Notes under the pieces: model-generated
Seen by the model: the letters and a program-made list of their open reading frames with translations, nothing else
Told to the model about the DNA's origin: nothing
The model's database searches: none
NCBI GenBank assembly: GCA_964035545.1
Contig: OZ037772.1
Span: forward strand, 8,611,150 to 8,675,149
DNA length: 64,000 nucleotides
Origin: Bugula neritina
Taxonomy: Eukaryota; Animalia; Bryozoa
Direction of reading: 5' to 3'
Shown here: in pieces, positions 1-14,000 of the stretch
How positions within the stretch are numbered: position 1 is the stretch's first letter
Layout of the letters: each line of letters begins with the position of its first letter
Made by a program: the position numbers and the translations under genes

Positions 1-302
1 ATGTAAAACTCTTCCATAAACAATAAATACATCACCGAAAAGTGAAAGGCAATTTTTAGAACATCGTCTTCTTACTTTATGAAAATGAATGTTCCTGAAA
101 TTTGCTAAACCAAGAGGAAAATATTAAAATGCCTTTAATAACATTAAATCCCAGACTTTAAAACAGAATAAAGATTATTGCCAGATGAAATCAACAAATG
201 TTGCATGAAACTAAATTACTCTCCCATAAACTGATTCTAGCCCTCTGTTGAACTGATTCTAGAATGTTCTCTGTTGGCAAGTAGCCATCCAGCTGTATCT
301 AC

Positions 303-3300
303 CTGATTGTATCTCCTTCCACTGTAGATCTCTCTGTTCCATTAGCCTCAGTTCCTCCTCAATTTTCCTCTTCTGCTCCTGGAACTGCATGTACAAGTCC
401 TGCGACGCTGCAACTGATGATGTGTCTAGAGGGGCTTGACTCGAGCCCGCTATAAACACAAGAACACAGGCTAAGATGAGCAGCATATAGGCTAAACACA
501 TAAAAAACTCACAAAAGTTTATAGAAACCCCTAATGGAGGGAGTTTTTGTTAAATCGGGCTAAGGACTTATTAAGATGAGGCACAGGAGTAAGGCTAAAC
601 ACACAATACTGACCATAAAACTGTAAACCTGAAATCTACTGGATACACTGCAAACCAGCTAAGATGTTGAGGCACTAGTGAAAAGAATAATTGACATAAT
701 TTTTTTCTTTTTTAATCAGATAACTAAAGTTCAATTTCCTTTTAAATAGTAAATCAGCTCCAATTTTCGAATCTTTGAGACACAATAAATAGCAAGAGAG
801 AACACTCATATGAAATCACTGCTTGAAAAGTTAGTTGACAGGCGACCGGCTCTGAATATTTACCAGCGACTGCAGCTTTGGGAGGAGTCAAAGGTTCGGT
901 TTTCACACTTTGCTGAAAGCTAGCTTGAGCTCTTGCACTGTGTTGAAGCAGGTCGGGCTTCTGAGGGCCCCCGTGGAAAGGTTGACTAGCTGGAGAAGTT
1001 TCCACATCACCTTTGGAGTTGCTGCTTCTTTGGCTTGAATGACTAGTTTGGCTTTTGAGTTGAGTTGAAGACTGAAAAGGGGCGTGGCTAGCGCTGAATG
1101 AAGGCTTCGGATTGGTTGGAGTGAGAGGAGTAACTTCCTGGAAAGGTTAACACAATTCCTTATTTAGTTGGAAGACATTACTTTAATAGCTAAATTAAAT
1201 TTAAAGTAATTAAATGCCAGCAGTCATAGCCAACTGATCAGGTAGAGTTCTCAAAGGTAGAGGATTTGGTAACATTTATTAGATTTTAAATGGGAAGGGT
1301 AAAAATGTTGTAAACTAATAATTTTATTTTCTATTTTTGGAGTTATCCCTCGAATTTAATGGTAGATTACTTGGAAAATTGGAAAAGTCACCAACACCCT
1401 GACAGACCACTAAACCCTAGTATTAAAAACAACAGGAAATAAGCTCTTACAGTGGCAGGTGGAGGAGGGGAGATAACTTCGGGTCTGGAGTTCTTTTTAG
1501 CCTCTTCCTTCAACAGTGGACTCGTGTTTAGAGGTCGGGGCGTGGAACGACCAGACCCACTGAACAGTCTTTCCACAGATTGGTTCATCGGGTTAGACTT
1601 CCTCTCAGACCTGTCAATATAGCGGTCAAGTGACCAATAGAAACGTCACGTTTTCAAATCTGCACTCCATACTTCATTCCACTAGAAGCAGCACCAAGTA
1701 GGTGGTCACTGAGTGCAGTGGTTGGAGTTTAGAGACAACAATGTCTATACAGACACAGCACTCAGTGACCCTCAACTTTGAGCTGCTTCTAGCGAATCCC
1801 TCTTAGTTAATTTCACACACATTTCACAACTACCATCACCAGTTTTACTGCCTTGTTACATCAATTATAACTGTTATCACACACAATACAGGAAGTAGCA
1901 GATAGTGTAACAAACCTTAGAGAGTTGGTAAGTAGAAACTTAGTGGTGGGAGAGTGAGCATAAGATCTCGACAGCAGAGGTGTGCCCGACATGTACCGAG
2001 TGCGGGGGTCTGATATACTGCCCCGCAAACTCTACAAACAAGAAGATTCAATGAATACTCTGATACTAGAAGCTCCTAAGATATGCTAGTCATGATCAAC
2101 ATAATACAGCCTGTGATCCATACAAAAGAAGGGCAGTTCCTTACGTGTGGCATGTGAAGGTTAGAACTGAGGCCGTCGTACATCGCCATCATACTCTGGG
2201 ATATCAGCTGCGAGGAGCGAGTGCGGGCGGGTATAGACGTGTGGGGGAACTGCTTGGGCTTTATGGGAGTGGATAGAAGTTGCTCCCCCCACACGGCTTC
2301 TAGACTCGGTTTCTCCAGTCTACAAATAGCCTGAGAGTTGCTAAAGGCAGCCAATGAAAATCAGCCAACTAACGGCACATATAAAGGCGCTAACATTAAC
2401 ATGTTTATGAGGAACAAATTGGACTGAGTATCAACTAAATAGGCAGAGAGAGAGAACTCCTTGGGTGTGCATTGTATTTGAAACTGTAATTCCACCTCTT
2501 ATTCTCATGAAGCCAGTTACAAGTTTAGACTATTTCATATTTTTTGTGCTTAATATTGAAAACAACATTTGTGAGCTCAAAACTTTTGAACCATAGTAGT
2601 AATATTACAAAGCAGAAGTTTATTATATTACAGTAGCAACATCACATAATAGTCGTATATAGTCGTATTATTATATAGTAATAATATTATATATTAGTAA
2701 TATTATATATATTAGTAATGTGATATAGTAGTAATGTTATATAGTGGTGATATTGTACAATAGTATTAGCATATATATAATAGCAATATTATAAGACAGT
2801 AGTAATATTACCCAACAATAGCTTATTATATCACAGTAACAATATTACTGTTAGTAACTAGTAATATAAACTAATACTGATATAATTAGGATTAGTTTAT
2901 ATTAGTGATATTATACGACCCTAATATTATATTTTGGTAATATTATAGAATGGTAATATTATATTTTGGTAATATTATAGAATGGCAATATTATGTAACA
3001 GCAATCTATAAACAGCTCAGATAAGTGAATATTAGACTCGCTCACCGGTCAACCTTGAGTTTCAGAGATTTCTTTTCGAAGGGGCAGGCAAACGTCCCGG
3101 CCGGCACCTTCTGTAGCCAGGAAACTAGACTAAGATCTGCATCTGAACACGGACTACCACCGAGCATATGGTTAGCTGTGACGGTGTCCGCAGAACCACA
3201 GGCTCTCGAAGTGCACAACTGTACACACATTTCATAGAGTATTCCTAGATAGTACGATATACAAGTATAGTAACTGTACACACATTTCATAGAGGATTCC

Positions 3301-6300
3301 TAGATAGTACGATATAGAAGTATAGTAACTGTACACACATTTCATAGAGTATTACTAGATATTATGATATACAAGTATAGTAGCCTAACTATTGACATAT
3401 TTTATAGATGGTTTTTAGATAAAACAGTAGAAAATCTATCAGATATGACAATAAACCTCAACGTGGATCACAAATAGCTAATGACAAAGTGGTTCGAAGG
3501 CTAACTGTACCTTTAGTCACTAGATTTAGCAGTCGGTCATGTTTGGCAAAGGAATGCGGGGGAGGTCTCTTCTCCAGCCCGACAAACTTCTTTACAAGAG
3601 GATACAACTACAGTAGAATAGTACAGGTGGCAATAGCTTGAGGCAGCACCGAGTTGGTGGTCACTGAGTGGGGGCTTAGAGATTGGACAGCTACATGTAT
3701 ACCCACACTGTACTCAGTCACCTTCAACTCGGTGCTGCTTCTAGCAACTCCCAATACAAACATTGTCAGATAGTACAGCCTGTTATATGACATGATACAA
3801 TGCTGTGTGAATATAATACATGGCATAAAACGCCCGAGAACCATAATGTTTGACACCTGCTATGCCATATGTTGTGTGACAAGTAATATTCTAGAGTTTG
3901 ACACCTTGTATAGCAAAGTGTGACACCTGTTATGACAAAGTGGGTATACACAGTATGACACCTGGTATTACAGTGTTTGACAGCTTGTATGCCAGAGTGG
4001 GTATATAATAAAGAGAGATATTCAGTATGAAACCTCATATTACAGAATGTGACACCTGGTATGACAGAGTATGACACCTGGTATTACAGAATATGACACC
4101 TGGTATGACACCTGATATTACAGAGTATGACACTTGGTATCATACCTCATTAAAGCAGTTGAGACGAGCACTGGAAGGGTTCCAGTCTTTATATTCCTTG
4201 TCAGCCGTGATTGTCGGCAAAGTCAAGAGGAAGCACAGATTGTCGTACTCCTTCCTGTCTTCACACAGCGCCTCCAGCTCCGTCAGACAGGATATTACCT
4301 CATCAAGGGTAAACTCGTGATTCTACAGAACACCAAAGCTATTAGAGATAAACTTTGAGATCAATATTTGACTGACTGAGTAGATATGCTGGTGAAGAGC
4401 ACTTATCATCCTATAGCTTGAAATCTATTAATTCTAACCAGCATAATGCTTAGTACACAGTCTTAGTGTATTTCAAAACAAAATTTCTAAAAAACTTATT
4501 GTAACTTCCAACAATTTAAAACTTACATATTCAAATAGCATATAAATGTTTTCTTTTAACATGAAATTTAAGTTTTTAATGCACATACGTTTATGGGAAG
4601 TTAATTCAGCAGTTATTCCACCATTAAATACTAAAATGAATTTAATACAAAATGGTACAAGTTAGCTATGATGAAAGCATACATGATGGTTCGACTGACA
4701 ACCTGTGCAAATCACAGTCTAAGACGAGCCTGTGTACCCACCTGAAGTGGCCCAGGATCATGTTTTATACAGAGCAGTTCTAAGTACTTGTGTTTGTACA
4801 CCAAGTAATGACATTTCTTTTTGTTATAGCCTTCAATTCCTTCCAGTGGCTGCATGAACTCAAGGGTGTCATCCCAGTGCCCGTCTAGAATCAGTTGTCT
4901 TAGAAATAGTCCATCATCAGAGTACACACCTATAAAATCAGATTGCTGGACTCATTACTTGCGTTCTCATCACAAAAATAAAATCTTCAAGATTATATTA
5001 TATTATATAAGTTGGTAACTTATTGAGTGAGTGAGTGAGTGAGTGAAGTACATATTGTGTGAGTGAATGATTTATTGCATGAGTAAGTAAGTGAGTGAGT
5101 GAGTTAGTGGGTAGGTGAGTTACTGAGTGACAGATTAAGTGGGTGAGTGAGTGAGTGTGTAAGTGAGTGTTGGTGTGAGTGTAAGTGTGAGTGTAAGTGT
5201 GGGTGTGAGTGAGTGAGTGAGTGAGTGAGTGAGTGAGTGAGTGAGTGAGTGAGGGACTAAGTGAGTGAGTGAACTAAACTAAGAAATAAATGACATATAA
5301 TTATTGAAGATCTTAATCTCAGCTATATTCTATGCCCAAAGGTAAAAGTATAAACTAAGAAAAACAAACACATGATGTGAAGATAGTGAATAAACTCAGC
5401 TGTTTGTAGACAGCGTACAGCTGTGGCAGCTGCAGCAGCTGATAATATACAAGTCAGAGTAAATAACACAGAGATAACAGCATGAGTTGTAGACAAAAGA
5501 GAAGAGTTTGAGGTGCCGAATTTCAGTTTTTTAAATAGAGCTATTAAAGAAAACAATCACATTCTGTATCCTAATGTCAAATTAAAATTCATAAACCCAA
5601 ACCAAACAAAATCCTACATCTTTACACATGCCTTTAGCACAGTAATGGAGAAATTTCAATACATAGTAAGATTGATTGGCTTTAATAATATTGGATTGGC
5701 ATCAGGGTCGAAAATATTGCAAGAACATAACTTCTTTTGCTAGATCTTTCAATAACAGCAAATTTTCGCAAAGTCTTCATTACAGAACAGTGGCAATGTC
5801 TAGTGGCTGTGCATTATTCAGATTGGTAAACATTACACATAAAAAAAATCATTATTTATGAGGCTTTTGGGTTTTGACTATCAAAGATCTGAGGCCAAAG
5901 ATTATTGAATACATGAACACCTTAAGAAAACATTTGAAAAGCAAGGCGCTATTTGTCAAAATTCAACAAGTACCGACTACATTTTCTACATCTAAATAAA
6001 AAACCTAAGCAGGTTTATAGTCACCATCCCAGTGAGAACCTCTGATGGAAAGTTCATTTGTTAAAGCAGGCTAAGGACTTATTTAAATGTGACACAGGAG
6101 CAATTATGACTGGATTCTCTTCCTAAAATCACTAATGGCATTTACTGAGGTTCGAACCCATGACTTTATTAAGCAAACGCTCTAACCCTTAGACTACGGC
6201 TTCTCCTTCATCTTTTACCTTTAACTGTAGAGAGTTAATTACAGTTTACTGATTGTAGGCTACAATATTTAGAATATACTTAGGAGGGACAACTCCTTGT

Positions 6301-7874
6301 GTCCAACTGTGAGATGCCCAGGTGTTGATGTTGATTGGCAAGTGATGAAGAAAGATATTTCAATGAGTCAATCAACTATTTACGGTCGATGAACTACTTC
6401 ACCCACTGCATTAATTAATTAAGTTATGCCAGTAATTATGCAATAGGCTGGAATATCTGTCAGATATAATCAGCATATCAAACACATATGCTATGTATAA
6501 AATAATGTAATAAGATAATAGTTAAGCAGCAAGAAAACTACTGCTACTAACATGTAAGCAAGGCTAGTAATACAGGAGTAGTATAATACTCAGAAAGACT
6601 ATTGGCAATCTCATGTATCAGCTTTGATTCTAACAAAGTACACTACTGTACCACATCTTCTCCAGTATAGGGAGATACATTACTGTGTGTAAAATGCACC
6701 ATTTGGTATTTCACAATAAACACTTTTGCTCTCCCATATTTTTTGTAATGCCTGTTAGATTAATCAAACCCCCAGAAATTCAAAAACATACCAGCTGTTG
6801 GTGGAATTTTACAAGATGAGCATTTAATTTCACTTTTTTAAAACCATTTATATATATTTTGTTGGATGATTTTTTTCCTCAATCCTTTAGGTTGACTTCC
6901 CCACAAGGTTTAACGCTTATATTTAAATAAGTTATATACCATCATGACCCTTCAACTTGGTGGAGAGTTGGTCAGACTATTGTTTTTAAACAAACAGCAG
7001 TTTTCAGATAATGCCCAGTGGCAGGAGAGTGGGGTTAAACACCCAGCAGTAAAGGCTAAACACAGGTGGAGTTGAATATTCCATTGGATGTAAAGAGTCA
7101 ATGACAATAAAACAACTTTAATTGTGATAAAAGAGGTGCCAACAATAAAGGTAAAACTTAGTCATAAATGCTTCTACAGTCGAGCAACCCTAGCTCCTCA
7201 AATATTAAAAACATTTTAGAATTTGTTTGATTCAGAAAGAGTAAAAATCTAGCTGGTGCTTTAATCTTTGCTTACAATATGAGAATATGATAAACATAAG
7301 CCCATTTATAAGTGTGTGCTGTAGGCATGATCAAGGGAGGTAACTCCAAACTATCCTAAACTGTGATGCAGATTGAGAAACATAGTTCTTAACCAATTTA
7401 AAAACCAGACGTTCTCTGAGAGATTTGAAAGAGACATGGAGAAAGTCTATAGGGAGAAGCCGTGGTCTAGGGGTTAGAGCGTTTGCCTATAAGTAAACAC
7501 AAAGTCATGGGTTCCAACCTGACAAAAGTCATCGGTGATGCTAGGAAGAGCATCCAGTCATAATTACTCCTGTGCCCCTTCTGAATAAGTCCTTAGTTTA
7601 CCTGAGTTTTTTATGAGAGAAGTTCACAGAAGTAGGGAAACCCATCAATAGGATACCATTGCTATCGAAATGGTAGAAATTACTCTAAATTCCAAAACAA
7701 TATAAATGTCGGCAGCATAAAATGTCCAACTCTGACCACAGACCTACCATTAATGATGCCGGTTTCTCTCTCCAGACACATGAGAGAGATATCCAGATGT
7801 CTGTTAGCTAAGTACTCTTCAATCATCTTTATGATATCTCTGTCAGCAATGTCTAACGACATCGACAGAGTCAT
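303..7874 (-). CDS. WDR47: WD repeat-containing protein 47 (LisH-CTLH N-terminus plus low-complexity linker); 5' portion, gene continues beyond position 1
   Basis: Phase-consistent GT/AG exons: 7874-7748, 4929-4742, 4322-4146, 3607-3511, 3244-3046, 2319-2145, 2031-1916, 1610-1451, 1137-864, 449-303. The translation ([60 protein letters not shown]..., YKDWNPSSARLNCF, DLSLVSWLQ) matches the WDR47 LisH/CTLH region as I recall it. Confidence 0.93.
502..592 (-). mobile_element. tRNA-derived SINE family A, 5'-truncated copy
   Basis: Matches the 3' half of the copies at 41986 and 48361 (CTCCTGTGCCTCATCT...AAGTCCTTAGCC...TTTAACAAAAACTC). Confidence 0.7.
1682..1791. mobile_element. MITE family B (palindromic; TIR CTAGAAGCAGC...GCTGCTTCTAG)
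   Basis: Terminal inverted repeats; related copies at 3637, 30511 and 56213. Confidence 0.7.
3217..3382. repeat. 3 x 55-bp tandem repeat spanning a WDR47 splice acceptor
   Basis: Unit CTGTACACACATTTCATAGAGTATTCCTAGATAGTACGATATACAAGTATAGTAA at 3219, 3274 and 3329. Confidence 0.9.
3637..3743. mobile_element. MITE family B
   Basis: GCAGCACCGAGTTG-GTGGTCACTGAGT ... ACTCAGTCACCTTCAACTCGGTGCTGC inverted arms. Confidence 0.7.
3845..4145. repeat. Degenerate minisatellite (GTATGACACCTGGTATTACAGA-like) in WDR47 intron
   Basis: Repeated TGACACCTG(G)TAT units running up to the splice donor at 4145. Confidence 0.7.
5024..5272. repeat. (GAGT)n microsatellite
   Basis: Seen directly. Confidence 0.9.
5998..6206 (-). 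mobile_element. tRNA-derived SINE family A, full copy
   Basis: The reverse strand has the GGAGAAGCCGTAGTCTAAGGGTTAGAGCG A-box head, the GGTTCGAACC B-box and the shared body ..GCATCCAGTCATAATTGCTCCTGTG (degenerate). Confidence 0.8.
7452..7612 (+). mobile_element. tRNA-derived SINE family A
   Basis: GGAGAAGCCGTGGTCTAGGGGTTAGAGCG...GGGTTCCAACC...AGGAAGAGCATCCAGTCATAATTACTCCTGTG. Confidence 0.8.
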
Positions 7875-10800
7875 GGTGACAGGCAGTTTTAACCAATCCT
7901 TAAATGTTTAATTCAACTCATCAGTATCTAAAGGAAAATATATATTTTTAAACTTTGGTCAATTTATTGATAATTAAATGCAAAAATTGAAAGTCTTTTA
8001 GACAGTGAAACAAATTAGAGTAATTAAACAAAATTCCTATTTTGTTGCTGTTATAAATTGTTATAGAAATAAAAATTAGATGAAATAAGAATAAGAATAA
8101 AATGAGGTCTTAACTTCTATATGGCTATGCTTATAAAACTATCATATTCTGTTGTTCTAGCCCACAATTACACTTTTAAGTAGTCTTTTCTAAATTCAAT
8201 AGTCACTCTACAAGTACATGCCTTGAGAAAAACATTGGGTAACTGGGATAGGTTCAAACCTCAGAAAAGTCATATTGTCATTAGGTATTTGAGTTGATCG
8301 ATACCTATTTGATTAACAACACATCACCTAAGAAAGAATGGGTACACTAAAACATAATGAACAAAAAGTGGTTACAGATTGCTAGCAGTCAATACATGAG
8401 TGCCCATAGAGCCGGCCTGCAAGTGCCCTACCAACCTAATCTAATTATACTAAAACATATGTCTTTACCAGCTGAATGGTTTATGTATAAAACAGAAAAG
8501 AAGGCTGTAACAACCAAACTCAAAACACTATACTTAAATCTGTATTGATATCCAATGGCTAGTTTAACCAAGTACAACTTGGAAATTGCCATTAACTGAC
8601 TAAGCTATGGGTTAAAAGGTTGAAGTAATATCAGTAAGCAGTATATATAGCAATTGACCAAGTGAATTAGTATCATAGTTATATTTTATAGTTACAATGA
8701 CACTTACACACTAAACAGGCCGAGCAATCCTTTAGAATAATGCTTGAACCTAAATTTTATAGTTGGTGCTAATATTATTCATAGAGGCTTTTTATTAATT
8801 TTGCTTTAGCAGTTACTTTAGGCAAGATATAATTTATTTAGGGTTGTATGATCTATTTTATATTATTAGTATTACATTACACTGGATCACACTGAAACTG
8901 TGTCTAATTCGAAACTAAGAATGAGACTATCATCATACTCATAGTAATACTGATAGATTTAAAGATTTTTTTCCTCCTCAGCTACGTCTACAGCCATTAT
9001 CAGTATTCAACAATAAAAAAACTATTAGTATAAGTATTACTACTCATTTAAATTTGTGACTACAACTTGAATCATACTCATACTGATACTCATAGTCATA
9101 CTCATACTGTGGGTATAAATATAATTTGCTATTGTCAATTATGCTTGCTACTACTACTACTAGTACTACTAGTAGTAGTATTCTCAGTTCAGCGGGTTCA
9201 AAGCAGTTACACCAATCAGACTAATGACTAACAGTGACACTAGACCTAGTGCACGTGACTAACTAAGTAAGACTACGTCTAAGTCGAAGTGTAATACTAA
9301 TAATAGTGTTACTAACACTAACCTAGTCCAACTCTTACTCTAGGCCTACGGACTAACAGTAACAGTTATACTTACACTTTACAGTAAGGAGAAGAAAACT
9401 GAAACATAAAAAGCTTACAAAAATAGGAACACTTGCCTTTTAAAAAAAAATTAAAAAAAAACTATGTTTTCACATGAGTTGAGTAGAACAGTGTAAGTTT
9501 TGACATTGCCACACTGATACTATTACTAGTTAATTGCATGCACTTTAGTTTATTTCAAATCAATATCAGTATGCTATAATTTGTTACCGCGAGTCGGCTA
9601 TAGGTAGCTCAAAAGCATGAGAAGGTCATTTATGAAAAACGGTGGTCAACGGCAGCCACCCGAATAAAAAATCTATAAGATTTATTTTTAAACGTCGTAA
9701 TAAATTGCTTTCAAGAGCAGACAACTTGTAGTTATTGCCTGGTGAAGAATTTCATGTAGAGTGAGACATTCAAAACATGGATTGCAGCTAACAGAAAATG
9801 ATGTTTGAGGCAACGAAATTTATTTTACAGTTTTTTTTTAAAATACAAATCTAATATTGGCAGGTATCATCATATTCTTTTCAATAATTTTTACGAATTG
9901 AATCCAATGTTAAGACAAAAAAGCAGGTGCCATAACAATTATTTCATTATAAATGACTTAGACACCTTAAACATAGAAAATAACAATAAAAGGATATAAT
10001 AAAATAGTGGTAAACATTGTGCAATAAAATGCAAACTAAAGCATAAAAGTCTATGTTAGCTTTTTGGCAATAAATAAAAAAAGCATAAAATTATTATGAA
10101 TCTTCAAAATTATGACATTAAGATAAAAAATATTTGCAATAAAAATAGTTTTTAGTCAAATTAAAAGATAAAAACCTTATTAAAAGCAATCATAATGTTT
10201 AAGTGCAAATTATAAAGTTTCCACAACACTTAGAGTGAAACGTTTAAGTGTTGTAAGCATTTCAATTCAGAAAAAACATTTCTGCTTGTAGCGGGAGCAC
10301 ACAACACCAACTGAGCATGCCTTCTCTTATATGAATTGTGGAATGAAAAAAATGAAAGAATTGTTTTTAAAATATTACACAAAAGTAACAAATACATTTG
10401 AATGAGAAATAAATTGTTGCAAAAATAATAGAAAAAAAAGAAGAAATATTTGACTCGCCAGCAGGACTTAAAGGATGGAGGAAACTTTCTACTACAAACA
10501 TTAATAGCCTGAGGCTATACTTCCTGCATATAGGCACCACAGACAACGTCTATTGTATAACACATTACTAGTTTTTTTTAGTGTGAGGTAAAAAAACTCT
10601 TGGGCTGGAGACCTAATTATTAGTCTTATGTTCAGTCGTTTCAGTATTATCAAGAAAATGCAAACATCAAAAACATGGCTGATTGAACCCCAACACCTTC
10701 AAATCCTAAACAAACTATACAAAATTTCTGAGAAAATAGAATTATTATAATAAAATAGACATGGTCTATGCTCTATAGACAGCCATACACGACCTAGCAT

Positions 10801-11072
10801 AAACATTGCCTTGTAACACGCAGTGTAACTATAGCAACTAAAATAGATACAGTACACACAGTATACTACACTGCATGTACTGTAATACTATATAGCAATA
10901 GTAATACATATATAGCGATATATAGCAAGAGTAATACATAATAATTACACTGTGCTGTATATAGTAATAGTAACATATAGCAATTATATATAACAAGAGT
11001 AATACACAGTACTACACTGTACTGTACATAGTAACACATTGTGATGTGTATAGCATTAGGTCCATAACACTG

Positions 11073-14000
11073 TTACTCGGCGGGTTGTTGGGCAGCCTGT
11101 ACGCCCCTCATATGCATGGTGTTGGCGACTTCAAACACATACTTGATATCTGGTCTCTTGTCGGGGTTTGAGTTGATGCATTCGGCAATGAGATTCCTTA
11201 ACTGAAAGCGAGTAAAATTAAAAATATACCAACATGTGCTTTTCAGACTTTCCAAAGCAAAATCCATGTTCATGGTTTAAGAAATGCTCGATTAATAAAC
11301 TAAAAAATAGTATAACTGATTATATAATTTTCTTGTAAATAGTATTCAATATAGATAATTATAACTAAAAAAAAGATAAATTTAAAATAATTTAAATCAA
11401 AACAGTCCAAAGTATATAAACCATGCAAAAGTGGTTCTACAATTTGCATAGAGTAATTTTAACAAATTCATCTAAACAATTAATATCTTAATACAATGTT
11501 GCATTCTATTTGCGGAGCATTGAATAGTGAAAAATTTTTTTTTAAAAATAGTATGACGTAGCATAGGTACCTCATGTTTGTAGTGATCAGATGGTAAGGG
11601 TGGGTAATCACACTGTTCAATCTTTTGACACAGAGAGTAGAGGTTCATTTTATCTCCATAGAATGGTGATTGCAGGGCAGCCATCTGTGTATGATAAGAG
11701 TATGTATATATAATAAATAGCAGAAAGCAGATGTGGAGTAGAGGTCGAGTAAAATCAAATATATAATGGGGGAACACAACCCCCATTTTATTTCACAACA
11801 ATAGAAAAAATGGTTTATTAGGTGTAAGGGAAAGTTTAAAGTATGAAATAGTACAGAAAATCACTTTATTTTCACAACTTATTCATATTACTTGAATGCC
11901 TAATAAATTTGATAAATAATGCAATATTATTTATTATCGCTAATTATTTGCTAACAATTCAATATGCTCCATCCATGTTCTGATTTAAACTAATTGTTTA
12001 TATGTACTTCCAACTACAAGGACATGTAAGTTAAGAATTTCGAATGTTACAAAACTATTACACCTGCAACATTTGTTTTAAGCAGAGTAAACTATACACA
12101 ACCTTCGAATATACAATTTACCATAAAAAACACAAAAATAAAAATATCGTTGGTGAAAAACATCTTTTAAGAAGGGATTACTGCAACTGTCACGATTGAA
12201 CATGGAGAGCATTTTTATATTTGGACATAATGAAGACATAAACTACATTTTATCACATAAGAATTTAGCTTTTCGTAACTGTTCAATTACAGATGATAAT
12301 TTGATATGAATCTTTATCTATACCTCTAAAACCAGGTGTTTAAACACTTTCTAGCTATCACTTTACTCTGTTATCTAATGCTTCAAGTTTTGCAAACAAA
12401 AATTATAAATAAACCCAAGAATGACTATGCTGACTATTTTTTTAATTTTTTATTATGAAAATACTAACTTAAACAGAACATGTTTGTAGAGAAAACATTA
12501 AGCTGATGTCTCATACAAGGAATGATAACTCCATACATTACCTCATAAAGAAGACAACCCAGAGACCAAATGTCTGACTTGAAGTCGTATCCTTTCTCGT
12601 GAATCCTTTCTGGTGACATGTAGTATGGTGTACCGACTAGAGGAAATAGTAACGCATCACAATAAATCTCACGATAAATGTAAACATTACCTTTAAAATA
12701 TACTACTCAATATCAAAAAAGTTAGTTTTGTTGTTCACACAAACACCTGGAAATGTCTTATTTTTGAAGTCTGTATAATGTATATTATTAAAAGATCTGC
12801 CATATGATGGGAAGCTTAGGATTTACTGAATTTGTTTGGTACACCAAGGAACTCAACTCCAAAAAAATTAAAAGTGTAATATTGAAATGTATTATATATT
12901 TGAAAATTCAGGTTTAGCCTTTTAGCAGGATATTCATCTCTGTGCATTAAACATATCATGGTCATAGTGTACTATGCTAAAGAAATACATCAGGCCATAA
13001 AATTATAGCCAATAGCTTTACTTAGCAGAAAAACCTTGGAAATTCACAAATGATTTAACCAATAGTAACACGACTTGCATTCACAGTTGATAGCCAATAG
13101 CAGCAGGAGTAACAAACAGGCAAAATCACTAACCAATAGCCATTGGAGTTAGTAAATCTGATAACAAATAGGAATAATGAGTAACATCAACCTACCCAAG
13201 GAGACTGCTCTTGTGGTTTTAGAACTGAAATATCGTCCCAGCCCTAAATCACCAAGCTTCACAATGCCTTGTGCAGTTATAAAAACATTGGCCGGCTTTA
13301 TATCTGTAAATTATAGAAAAAGTTATTATTAAAAAATACCTAATCTCTTTTTCAAATATGAAGAAACACAAAAATATGGATATTCATGTTTGATTAATTA
13401 CTTTTGTGTGCTTATCTTGCGCCTAAGTATGAAAGATTTAATCAGCAATTGAACATTCTAGAAAAATAAAATTACCAGTTTTTTTAAAAATAATATTCTT
13501 TAGCTAAATACCGATACTAAATTTACCATCAACTATCCCAATATAAACCATACTTATTATGAACTGCTACCAAAATATTACTTAAAGTAAATTCTTATGA
13601 AAAAACTCTTAAAGATAGTATTAAAAGTAATAAAACGAAAAATAATGGATCCATGACCTCTCCATATTACACTGACCTCTATGCATGATTCGTCTATCAT
13701 GCATGTGACTCAGAGCGCCGCAGATCTGAATGAAGTACTTCCATACAGTCCTCTCTGGAATGAGTCTGTTCTGTTTCTTGAAATGTTTGATCATTCTAGA
13801 AAGATCTCCGGCGTCTGCTAGCTCCAGGACGATGTTCAAGTCGTTGTCCTCAATGAAGGAGGCTAAGTATTTGATAATGTTGGGGTGATTTAATTGCTGC
13901 AAAATATATCCATTCATCATGCACATTAGGAGGTACAAGAGTTGTTTGTAAAATGTGTTTTAAATATTTATTTATCCCATATTCATTAGATAGTTGAATT

